A stretch of DNA of 24,000 nt, taken from contig CAWCKR010000004.1 of NCBI GenBank assembly GCA_963796205.1, positions 742,726 through 766,725 on the forward strand. The letters are read 5' to 3'. The notes below the pieces were generated by a model, which saw only the letters and a program-made list of their open reading frames with translations, ran no database searches and had not been told where the DNA came from. Shown piece by piece: positions 15,480 to 23,821 of this stretch. A program made the translations under genes and the position numbers. This stretch comes from Terriglobia bacterium. GTDB taxonomy: Bacteria > Acidobacteriota > Terriglobia > Terriglobales > Acidobacteriaceae. The stretch's first letter is position 1. The number at the start of each line of letters is the position of its first letter.

Positions 15480-17054
15480 ATGCCCATGCATCGTCGCAAG
15501 ACTGCAATCTTGTTCGTGCTCGCTGGCATGATTCTGCTGTCGAGCACAAGCTACGCCATTCCCGCGTTCTCACGCCTGTACGGGACATCGTGCAGCACCT
15601 GCCACCTCGACTTCCCCAAGCTCAATGACTTCGGGAAAGCCTTCAAAGATGCTGGCTTCAAGTTTCCGAAAGACGACGAAACCTTCATCAAGATCCCGCC
15701 GGTGATGCTCGGATCGCAGGCCCAGCAGGAACTCTGGCCGCACACGATTTGGCCGGGCAGCATTCCCGGACTGCCTCCGATCGGCCTGCGCTATAACACC
15801 TTTTTCCAGGTGGTCAGCCAGAATCGCAACAATTACTCGAATCTGCAGAACCCGGGAGATCCAACAGCCGGCTTCATCCCCCGTACCGATTTTCAGTCCG
15901 GACTGTTCAGCATCTTTACGGCTGGAAACTTCGGCAGCGACATTGCCTTCTGGGTTGATGACGATATCAGCGTTGGAGGGGCTAACGCCAATGGCGGTCT
16001 CGGCGACGGTTACCTCAAGTTTGTGAACATCGGACGCTTCCTCAAATTGCCGACAGACTCTCTGAGCTTGCGGGTCGGCCAATTCGAACTCGACTTGCCC
16101 TTCAGCCCGGCGCGCAGCTGGAACCTGAGTGGTTGGGACATTTACGGTCAGTCCAATGTTGGAATCCCGAACGCGACCTTTGGAAGCCCCACGGTAAATA
16201 ATGGCTTTTCCCTGGATAGTGCCGCGCAGGGCGTCGAACTCAGCGGCGGCCATACCTACCGCGGCTACCACTACTCGCTCGCCTTCGTGAATCAAAACAC
16301 CGGTGGCACGCCGGCCGGCGGCACGAACGTTCCGCCTGAGGTTCAGTACACCTCCGACTCGAACTTCAAAGATATCTACGGACGCTTCTCCTATCGTTTC
16401 AATCTCGAGCGCGATCCTAAAAGCCGCAACGAGATTCAGGCCGCGGGAGCTACGGGGCCGCGAGACCATACGTACCTCAACGTAGGCGGCCTCTACTTCT
16501 ACGGCCGTTCGGTGCAGCGCTTCCAGGGACAAGACTCCGCCGGCGATCCCGTCGTTCTCACCGCGCGCGAGCCCTTCTATCGTGCGGGCGCCGATTTCAG
16601 CTTTAACTACCATACCTTCAACCTGTTCGGTCAATACATCTACGGACGCGATCAGAACCTGCTGCCCCTGGTCCCGACCAATTTCGTGTTGCCCAGCGGC
16701 TTCATTACCGGCCATCCGGCGACTTTCGACGGAGGCTTCATCGAAGCCGACTATCTGGCGCTGCCCTGGTTGATGACCATCATGCGCTGGGACGAGGTCA
16801 ACTCCAGCGCCGACTTCTTGAATGGCGTGGGCGCCACTCCCGACTCCTCGAGCGCACCTTTCCTCTCACCCTACCGCTCGGCTCGCAACCGTTTCACACC
16901 CGGAGTGCAGTTCCTGGTTCATGCCAACATCAAAGCCTCGTTCGAATATCAGATTCGGCCCCAGCAGGTCGTTTACGACCCCACGACCGGCAAGCCATTG
17001 ACCAATCCCTTCCGCACCAATTCAGCGGTGGCGGGATTGGAGTTCGTGTACTAA
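15480..17054 (+). CDS. Cyc2-like fused monohaem cytochrome c / outer-membrane beta-barrel porin
   Basis: ATG 15480 lies 7 nt after AGGAGG. Signal peptide ending SYA. A single CxxCH sits right after the cleavage site in PAFSRLYGTSCSTCHLDFPKLNDFG, with a PxL motif after the haem site. About 470 aa follow, rich in Gly, Tyr, Phe and Asn with an alternating pattern. The protein ends in the OMP-type terminus GLEFVY. Confidence 0.8.
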   Translation: MPMHRRKTAILFVLAGMILLSSTSYAIPAFSRLYGTSCSTCHLDFPKLNDFGKAFKDAGFKFPKDDETFIKIPPVMLGSQAQQELWPHTIWPGSIPGLPPIGLRYNTFFQVVSQNRNNYSNLQNPGDPTAGFIPRTDFQSGLFSIFTAGNFGSDIAFWVDDDISVGGANANGGLGDGYLKFVNIGRFLKLPTDSLSLRVGQFELDLPFSPARSWNLSGWDIYGQSNVGIPNATFGSPTVNNGFSLDSAAQGVELSGGHTYRGYHYSLAFVNQNTGGTPAGGTNVPPEVQYTSDSNFKDIYGRFSYRFNLERDPKSRNEIQAAGATGPRDHTYLNVGGLYFYGRSVQRFQGQDSAGDPVVLTAREPFYRAGADFSFNYHTFNLFGQYIYGRDQNLLPLVPTNFVLPSGFITGHPATFDGGFIEADYLALPWLMTIMRWDEVNSSADFLNGVGATPDSSSAPFLSPYRSARNRFTPGVQFLVHANIKASFEYQIRPQQVVYDPTTGKPLTNPFRTNSAVAGLEFVY

Positions 17055-17084
17055 AGCAAGCGATTTGAAAGAACAGGAGAAATC

Positions 17085-17666
17085 ATGAAACGCAATGCCC
17101 TAGTCATAACCATGATCGTCGCTGCACTGGCGCTCGCCGCTCACGCCGGCACCATCAGCGGAAAAGTCTCAGGTGTCGCCGGCGAGTCTGTCGTCTACGT
17201 CGACACCATCGCGGGAAAGACTTTCCCGGCGCCCACGCAGAGTCCCATCATCGACCAGAAGGGTCTCTTGTTCCAACCGCACATTACCGCCGTGCAGGTT
17301 GGAACTACGGTCGAATTCCTCAATAGCGACAGCGTCGCTCACAACGTTTTCTGGACCTCGGTTGGAGGCAACAAGAAGCTCGGACACAACCTCGGTACCT
17401 GGCCCAAGGGCGAGAAGCGTCCCTTTAAGTTCGACAACCCTGGCGCGGTTGCACTGCTGTGCAATGTCCATCCCGAAATGTCGGGCTACGTCATCGTCGC
17501 TCCCACACCGTATTTCGCCGTGACCGACAAGTCCGGTGAATACAAGATCGAAAACGTCCCTGACGGAAGTTACACAGTGACTGCCTGGCATGAAGGCGCA
17601 AAAAATTCCTCCAAGCCTGTCACCGTCTCCGGCGACACCAAAGCGGATTTCACTCTGACCAAGTAA
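17085..17666 (+). CDS. periplasmic type-1 copper (cupredoxin, amicyanin-like loop) protein with a C-terminal CarboxypepD_reg-like beta-sandwich
   Basis: Signal peptide (ALALAAHA). Candidate Cu ligands are the His in SVAHNVFW plus the Cys, His and Met in LLCNVHPEMSGY (C-x2-H-x2-M, as in amicyanin). C-terminal KSGEYKIENVPDGSYTVTAWHEG. AGGAGA RBS. Confidence 0.85.
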   Translation: MKRNALVITMIVAALALAAHAGTISGKVSGVAGESVVYVDTIAGKTFPAPTQSPIIDQKGLLFQPHITAVQVGTTVEFLNSDSVAHNVFWTSVGGNKKLGHNLGTWPKGEKRPFKFDNPGAVALLCNVHPEMSGYVIVAPTPYFAVTDKSGEYKIENVPDGSYTVTAWHEGAKNSSKPVTVSGDTKADFTLTK

Positions 17667-17672
17667 GGAGAA

Positions 17673-17705
17673 GGGGAGCGGTCGCTGACCGCTCCCTTTT
17701 CTTCT
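17673..17705 (+). terminator. rho-independent terminator
   Basis: GGGAGCGGTC-gct-GACCGCTCCC is a 10-bp GC-rich stem followed by TTTTCTTCT, starting 7 nt after the cupredoxin stop. Confidence 0.6.
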
Positions 17706-17758
17706 GCTTGTCACAGACATCCACCATCAACAGCGGCTAAAAAGACCGGATCACCATC

Positions 17759-19744
17759 ATGCTGAAACGCTACAAGGACAAAAAAGTCGACAAGGATTGG
17801 TTGAACACAAACTTTCCTTGCATGATGGCCTGTCCGGCCCACACTAACGCGGGACGCTACGTAGGCCTGATCGCCGAAGGCCGCTTCGAAGAAGCCTACA
17901 AAATAGCCCGCGACCCCAATCCCCTGGCCAGCATTTGCGGACGCGTCTGTGCTCATCCGTGCGAGACCGCCTGCCGCCGCGGCGAAATCGACAAACCGAT
18001 TTCCATCCGCGCCCTCAAGCGCTTTCTCACCGAACGCTACGGCGCCGAATCGAAGCACCCCGTCGATGTGAACGCTGGCCGTGGCCAGAACAAGCTACCT
18101 TTCAAGGTTGCTGTCGTTGGCGGAGGTCCCGTCGGACTCTCTGCCGCGCACGACCTCGCCTTAATGGGCTACGCGGTCACGATCTTCGAAGCCGCTCCAG
18201 TCGCCGGCGGCATGCTCTACCTCGGCATCCCCGAATACCGCCTCCCGCGCGACGTAGTCGAAGCTCAAGTCCGCGAGATCCTCGAAACTGGCGACATCAC
18301 CTTGCTGTTGAATCACGCCGCCGGACGCGACTTCGCCATCTCCGACCTCCGGCGAGAAGGCTTCGATGCTGTCTTAATCGCTGTCGGCGCTCACCGTAGT
18401 CGCGACCTCACCATTCCCGGAGTCGATCTCGACGGCGTCTACAAAGGCATCGATTTCCTGCTGAACGTCAACCTCGGCTACAAGTTCACCATCGGCAAGA
18501 AGGTCATTGTCATCGGCGGCGGCAATGTGGCCATGGACGTCGCTCGCTCCGCCGCGCGCGAAGTGGTCAAGCAACACGTCGCCGGAGTCGAAGACCTCGA
18601 ACCCTCGATGGAGAACGTCAGCGCGGTCGCCACCAAAGAAATGGTCGACATCTCGCTCTCCGCGCTGCGCATGGGCGCTCACGAAGTGAATCTCGTCTGC
18701 CTCGAAAAGCGCGAGGAGATGCCTGCGGCTTTGGAAGAGATCGTAGAGGCCGAAGAAGAAGGCATCATCATGCATCCCGGCCTCGGCCCCAAGCGCATGA
18801 TCGGGAAAAACGGACACGTGGTTGCCCTCGAAGCTCTGAAGACCAAGTGGGTCTTTGACGAGAACAAGCGCTTCAATCCAGCGTTCTATGAGGGCAGCGA
18901 GACCCTCATCGAGTGCGACACCATCATCATGGCCATTGGCCAGGCCCCGAAGCTCGACTTTCTAAAGAAGGAAGACGGCGTCGAGATTTCTCCTCGCGGC
19001 TTGATCTCAGTCAATCCGCAAACCCTGATGACCTCAGCTTCCGGCATCTTTGCAGGTGGCGATTGCGTCTTCGGTCCGCGTCTCATCATCGACAGCGTCG
19101 CCGATGGCAAGCGCGCCGCAGTTGGCATAGACGAATTCCTGCGCGGCCAGAAGCATCCCGATCCCATCGTTGAAGTGGAAGTTTTCAAACGCCACAGCAT
19201 GCCTCTCGAATTGCTCGACCTGGTGCGGCCCGCCGTACCCATGCTGCCGCTCGAACGCCGCACCGGAGTCACCGAAGTCGAAATCGGATACGACGCCGCC
19301 AGCGCGGTCGAAGAGGCGCAACGCTGCCTGCACTGCTGGGTCAATACCGTCTTCGAGGGTGTCCCCGAAGACGGCACCATGTGCATCCTGTGTGGCGGAT
19401 GCGTCGATGTCTGTCCTGAGAATTGCCTTGAACTGGTTTCGCTTGGCCGCATCGCCTTCGAGCCGGAAACCGTGCAGCACATCCGCGATGAACAGAAGTT
19501 GTTCGGCGTCGAGCTCGATGAAGTGGCTGCGGACGAACTCGGCGTTGTCACCGGCTCGGCCATGCTGAAAGATGAAACCCGCTGCATTCGTTGCGGATTA
19601 TGCGCTGCCCGATGCCCTGTCGGCACCATCACCATGGAGTCTTACAACCTGGTTCCTGCCGAACCCACGGGATTGATCTCCATTGAAACGATTGATGGAC
19701 CACTTCGCGCCAAAGCCCCGGCAACTGTAGGAGGCCCGAAATAA
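17759..19744 (+). CDS. GltD-like (glutamate synthase small-subunit family) FAD/NAD(P)-binding Fe-S oxidoreductase with a C-terminal 2x[4Fe-4S] ferredoxin domain
   Basis: N-terminal Fe-S motifs (FPCMMACPAHT, CGRVCAHPCETAC). Two Rossmann motifs (VVGGGPVGLSAA, VIGGGNVAMDVA). GGDC near the FAD site. C-terminal CILCGGCVDVCP and CIRCGLCAARCP. No signal peptide or TM helix, so predicted cytoplasmic. Confidence 0.9.
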   Translation: MLKRYKDKKVDKDWLNTNFPCMMACPAHTNAGRYVGLIAEGRFEEAYKIARDPNPLASICGRVCAHPCETACRRGEIDKPISIRALKRFLTERYGAESKHPVDVNAGRGQNKLPFKVAVVGGGPVGLSAAHDLALMGYAVTIFEAAPVAGGMLYLGIPEYRLPRDVVEAQVREILETGDITLLLNHAAGRDFAISDLRREGFDAVLIAVGAHRSRDLTIPGVDLDGVYKGIDFLLNVNLGYKFTIGKKVIVIGGGNVAMDVARSAAREVVKQHVAGVEDLEPSMENVSAVATKEMVDISLSALRMGAHEVNLVCLEKREEMPAALEEIVEAEEEGIIMHPGLGPKRMIGKNGHVVALEALKTKWVFDENKRFNPAFYEGSETLIECDTIIMAIGQAPKLDFLKKEDGVEISPRGLISVNPQTLMTSASGIFAGGDCVFGPRLIIDSVADGKRAAVGIDEFLRGQKHPDPIVEVEVFKRHSMPLELLDLVRPAVPMLPLERRTGVTEVEIGYDAASAVEEAQRCLHCWVNTVFEGVPEDGTMCILCGGCVDVCPENCLELVSLGRIAFEPETVQHIRDEQKLFGVELDEVAADELGVVTGSAMLKDETRCIRCGLCAARCPVGTITMESYNLVPAEPTGLISIETIDGPLRAKAPATVGGPK

Positions 19745-19746
19745 CC

Positions 19747-20238
19747 ATGGCTGACGAGAAACGGATCACCTCGCCGCTACCTACCGACGAGCACTCGCGT
19801 CGGGAATTTTTTCTGAAGCTGGGACTCGGATCACTGGGCATCGCCGCGGCGGGAACGACGGTTTTCGCTTACCAGTTCCTCTCGCCGAACGTGCTCTTTG
19901 AACCTTCCCCGATCGTGAATGCCGGCAAGCCCGAAAGCTACCCCCTCGATTCTGTGACGCTCGATGTCAACAACGGCATTTACCTGATTCACGCCAAGGA
20001 AGGATTCTTCTCGCTAAGTGCCATCTGTACGCATCTCGGTTGCATGACCGCGTGGAAGCCGGAACTCGGCATCATCGCCTGCCCCTGCCACGGCAGCAAG
20101 TTCAAGCGCGATGGCGAAAAAATCGAAGGCCCCGCACCCAAGCCGCTGCCCTGGCTCAAAACCTGGGTCAGCGATGAAGGCGATCTGATGGTCGACCGCT
20201 CCGCCGACATTCGTCCCATGGAGTTCGTGAGGGTTTGA
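19747..20238 (+). CDS. Rieske [2Fe-2S] protein with Tat-type signal/anchor
   Basis: [20 protein letters not shown] (twin-Arg). Cluster boxes CTHLGC and CPCHGS. The start is 2 nt after the upstream stop. Confidence 0.9.
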   Translation: MADEKRITSPLPTDEHSRREFFLKLGLGSLGIAAAGTTVFAYQFLSPNVLFEPSPIVNAGKPESYPLDSVTLDVNNGIYLIHAKEGFFSLSAICTHLGCMTAWKPELGIIACPCHGSKFKRDGEKIEGPAPKPLPWLKTWVSDEGDLMVDRSADIRPMEFVRV

Positions 20239-20240
20239 GC

Positions 20241-21032
20241 ATGGAAAAAACGGTCTCAAATTATTTTGATGAGTTGCGCGCAACCAGAATCTGGCGCTCG
20301 GTCTTCCGCAGTGGCATAGGTTCGAGCACTCTGCACCGCTCGCTGGCCATCCAGCAGAACGTCTTCCTGCATCTGTTCTCGACCAAAGTTCGCCGCCGCA
20401 TGCTGAGCTTCAGCACCACCTGGTATCTGGGAACGCTGACTCTCGGGACGTTTCTGATTCTGGTCAGCACGGGAATCTTCCTGATGCTCTACTACCATCC
20501 CTCGGTGCCCCAGGCATACGCCGACACCAAGGACCTGCAGTTCGTCGTTTCTTCCGGACTGTTTCTCCGCAACCTTCATCGCTGGTCCGCACACGCCATG
20601 GTGTTCCTCGTCTTCGCGCATATGTTCAAAGTTTTCTATCGCGGCGCTTATCGCGCCCCCCGCGAGTTCAACTGGGTTATCGGCGTCATCCTTCTGGTCA
20701 TCACGCTTCTGCTCAGCTATACGGGATACCTTCTTCCCTGGGATCAACTCGCCTACTGGGCGATCACCATCGGATCGAATCTCGCTTCGGCGGTTCCGGT
20801 CTTCGGAACCAAGGTCCACTTCCTCATGCTGGGTGGAAATCAGGTGAACGCCAACGCGCTGCTGCGCTTTTACGTTCTGCACTGCATGATCTTGCCGCTG
20901 ACCGCGATCATGTTCATCGCGATTCACTTCTGGCGCATCCGCAAAGACGGCGGACTCTATGCGCACCAAAGCGAACCTAAGACTCTCGCCGCACCGACCG
21001 TGCCGCAAGTCGCCGGAAAGGAGGCGCTGTGA
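20241..21032 (+). CDS. cytochrome b6-type (N-terminal half of a split cytochrome b)
   Basis: Haem-ligand pairs H-x13-H ([17 protein letters not shown]) and H-x14-H ([17 protein letters not shown]); the x14 spacing is b6-type. [11 protein letters not shown] motif. ATG 20241 with a GAGGG RBS; TTG 20235 is an alternative. Confidence 0.9.
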   Translation: MEKTVSNYFDELRATRIWRSVFRSGIGSSTLHRSLAIQQNVFLHLFSTKVRRRMLSFSTTWYLGTLTLGTFLILVSTGIFLMLYYHPSVPQAYADTKDLQFVVSSGLFLRNLHRWSAHAMVFLVFAHMFKVFYRGAYRAPREFNWVIGVILLVITLLLSYTGYLLPWDQLAYWAITIGSNLASAVPVFGTKVHFLMLGGNQVNANALLRFYVLHCMILPLTAIMFIAIHFWRIRKDGGLYAHQSEPKTLAAPTVPQVAGKEAL

Positions 21033-21733
21033 GCGATCAGAAAGACTTCGTCGCCGGACTGGATTCCAACGCCCGCAAGTCTCCGAAGCGTATTGTTTTC
21101 GTCACGCGCCGTACTTCGGCGCAAGTCAAAGTCACCGACGAGGACCAGCTTCAGACCTATCCGGAGGTGCTGTTCCGCGCCGTAGTGGCCATCGAAACCC
21201 TGGCGATCGCCCTCGTCGTCATCGCGCTCGCCTTCAATGCGCCGCTTGAGGGCCTTGCCGATCCATCGCATACACCGAACCCTGCAAAAGCACCGTGGTA
21301 CTTCCTTGGCCTGCAGGAAATGCTGCACTATTTCCCGCCCGTGGTCGCCGGAGTTCTGGTACCGACGCTGGTCATCATCGCGTTAGTGGTCATTCCCTAC
21401 TTCAACATCAATATCGAGGCGGAAGGGTTGTTCCTCAAAGACCGCCAGAAGCGTCTGCGGATCTTTTACACGATCGTCATCGTGTTTTGTGCGTTTTTAC
21501 TCTTCTTCGATGTCATCGTTGCTCTCGTCCCAACGCTCATTGTCGCCGCCTTTATGATCGCGGCGTCGCAAAGTTCACCGCAGTCGCCTTCGCCCTTTCG
21601 ACGGTATCTCGCGGCGAAACCGCTCTCTTACTGGATCATGACCTGGTTCCTGTTCGAACTGGTCGTGCTCACTGCTGTTGGCACCTTCTTCCGCGGCCCG
21701 GGCTGGTCCTGGGTGCTGCCCTGGAGGAGCTAA
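21029..21733 (+). CDS. cytochrome b C-terminal-domain / b6f subunit IV-like membrane protein with extra C-terminal TM helices
   Basis: GTG start overlaps the upstream stop (GTGA), with GGAGG upstream. [19 protein letters not shown] corresponds to the PEWY-region motif. There are several further hydrophobic helices. Confidence 0.8.
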   Translation: MSDQKDFVAGLDSNARKSPKRIVFVTRRTSAQVKVTDEDQLQTYPEVLFRAVVAIETLAIALVVIALAFNAPLEGLADPSHTPNPAKAPWYFLGLQEMLHYFPPVVAGVLVPTLVIIALVVIPYFNINIEAEGLFLKDRQKRLRIFYTIVIVFCAFLLFFDVIVALVPTLIVAAFMIAASQSSPQSPSPFRRYLAAKPLSYWIMTWFLFELVVLTAVGTFFRGPGWSWVLPWRS

Positions 21734-23821
21734 GTGCAATCATCGGGCAAGAACTCTCTCTGGAAAACGCTCTTTGGTGATCCCGTCCGCGCCTTCGGCG
21801 TCGTCAGCATACTTCTGCTGATCTCGCTCGCCATTGCTCCGGCAAAAAATTACTTCAGCGAGTGGCGCCACTACCAACACCAATACCTGAAACTCGTTCG
21901 CGGACGCGGCGACGCCGTCACTCTGCAGCGTCATTTCGAAGCAGGCATTCACCAGATCTGGCTGCCCGAAATCAACGTTGTCGATCGCTGCACCACCTGC
22001 CACGTCGGCCAGAAGGAAGCCAGCCTCACCGATGTCAGCACGCAGCCTTTCCGCCGCCATCCCGCGATTCCGCACACCTCCGAACAGTTCGGATGCGTGA
22101 TGTGTCATCGTGGACAGGGCGCCGCGACCACCGTCGAAGAAGCCCATCGCAGCACGCTGGCCTGGGAGCAGCCGATCCTCCCCGCACGCTACGTTGAGTC
22201 ATCCTGCGGACAATGTCATCACACCCCGCTGACCGGAACGCCGCAGTTAAACGCCGGCCGCGATCTGCTGGCCCGCGCGGGATGCGTCCATTGCCACACC
22301 ATCAAGGCACAGGACGGCAGCGCCATGAAAGCCTCCGACGATCCCCCCTCTCTTTCGCACATCGCCGACAAGACCACGCGCGAATGGATCTACGCCTGGC
22401 TCAAAGATCCACAAGCCTATGCCGTCACCGCGGGCATGCCCAACTTCAAGCTGAGCGATAACGATGCGCGCGACATCTCGGCATTCCTCATCGCGAACAG
22501 CACGCCGCTAGTGGGTGACACCGCAACGGTAGCTGCACCCGGCAAGGCGCCTGATCCGACCGCCGGCGCCAGCCTCTACGGAGAGTCCTTCTGCGCTTCT
22601 TGCCACGCCGTGCAGAATGCCGCTGGGAACGTTGTCGGCGGCAACATCGGACCCGAACTCACTCGCGTTGGCAGCAAGGTGAAACCGGAGTGGTTGCAAG
22701 CGTGGCTGAAAAATCCGCGCACCTATGACCCAGCAACGGCCATGCCGCACTACCGTTTCACCGACCAGCAGGTGAGCGTGCTGAACGGTTTCCTGCAGGC
22801 CAAGGCCGATGCCGATCTGCTCGCGAACGTTCACCTCGAGGCCGCCACTGCTGACCAGATCGCCCACGGCAAACTTCTCGTCACCGAATACGGATGCGCC
22901 TCCTGCCACGAAATCAGCGGGATCAAGAAGCCCGAAAACTTCGCTCCCGAACTCACTCGCATCGGCAGCAAGCCCGTCACGCAACTCATTTTCCTGCCGG
23001 GGATGCAACACTCGCTGCCCGACTACATCTCGAATAAGATCCGGCAGCCGCGAGCCTTCGGATCCGCGCTGAAGATGCCGCAGTACAGCTTCACGCCCGC
23101 GCAGATCGACGCACTCACCACCGCGCTGCTCTCGCTCACCGACCGATCGCAGAGCTTGCCGATGTCGCTCGCAGTGGCCGCGCCTCCAGGCTCGCACTAT
23201 CAACCTGCGGGCAAAGCCGGACAGCTGATCAACGATCTAGCTTGCTTCAGCTGCCACACCATCAACGGCCGCGGAGGCGATATGGCCCCCGACCTTACCT
23301 GGGAAGGCAGTTCCGTGCAGCGCCAGTGGTTGACCGAATTTCTGAAGAATCCCAACACCCTTCGTCCCGCATTGATTCGCCGCATGCCGAAGTTCAATCT
23401 TTCTGATAGCGATATTAACGAACTCACTGATTACATCATGACCGTCTACCAGACGCCGGCCTTCGATCGCGACTCGATGCCGCAGACCGGATATCCCGCC
23501 GCGCAGGTCGAACAAGGCAAGCAACTCTTCTATTCCAAATACGCCTGCCAGTCGTGCCACATCATTGACACGAAAACGGACAAGGGATACGTCGGGCCCA
23601 CTCTCACACAAGTGGGATCACGCCTGACCGCCGCATGGATGTATCACTGGCTGAAGAATCCGCAGGCTCTTCGCCCCGGAACGATGGAGCCGAACCGCAA
23701 CATGAGCGACGAAGATGCGCAGGCATTGACCGCCTACCTCACCACGCTAAAAAGCGGAAAGGCAGCAGCCAAGACAGCTGCCCACACCGGGAAACCCGCA
23801 ACTCTGGAGGCAAGGAAATGA
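21734..23821 (+). CDS. membrane-anchored octahaem c-type cytochrome (3-haem N-terminal module plus five tandem class-I monohaem domains)
   Basis: Eight CxxCH motifs: CTTCH, CVMCH, CGQCH, CVHCH, CASCH, CASCH, CFSCH, CQSCH. N-terminal TM helix FGVVSILLLISLAIAP. The last five motifs are each followed ~45-60 aa later by a conserved Met (MPNF, MPHY, MPQY, MPKF, MEPN). GTG start lies directly after the upstream TAA, with GGAGGAG upstream. Confidence 0.9.
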   Translation: MQSSGKNSLWKTLFGDPVRAFGVVSILLLISLAIAPAKNYFSEWRHYQHQYLKLVRGRGDAVTLQRHFEAGIHQIWLPEINVVDRCTTCHVGQKEASLTDVSTQPFRRHPAIPHTSEQFGCVMCHRGQGAATTVEEAHRSTLAWEQPILPARYVESSCGQCHHTPLTGTPQLNAGRDLLARAGCVHCHTIKAQDGSAMKASDDPPSLSHIADKTTREWIYAWLKDPQAYAVTAGMPNFKLSDNDARDISAFLIANSTPLVGDTATVAAPGKAPDPTAGASLYGESFCASCHAVQNAAGNVVGGNIGPELTRVGSKVKPEWLQAWLKNPRTYDPATAMPHYRFTDQQVSVLNGFLQAKADADLLANVHLEAATADQIAHGKLLVTEYGCASCHEISGIKKPENFAPELTRIGSKPVTQLIFLPGMQHSLPDYISNKIRQPRAFGSALKMPQYSFTPAQIDALTTALLSLTDRSQSLPMSLAVAAPPGSHYQPAGKAGQLINDLACFSCHTINGRGGDMAPDLTWEGSSVQRQWLTEFLKNPNTLRPALIRRMPKFNLSDSDINELTDYIMTVYQTPAFDRDSMPQTGYPAAQVEQGKQLFYSKYACQSCHIIDTKTDKGYVGPTLTQVGSRLTAAWMYHWLKNPQALRPGTMEPNRNMSDEDAQALTAYLTTLKSGKAAAKTAAHTGKPATLEARK

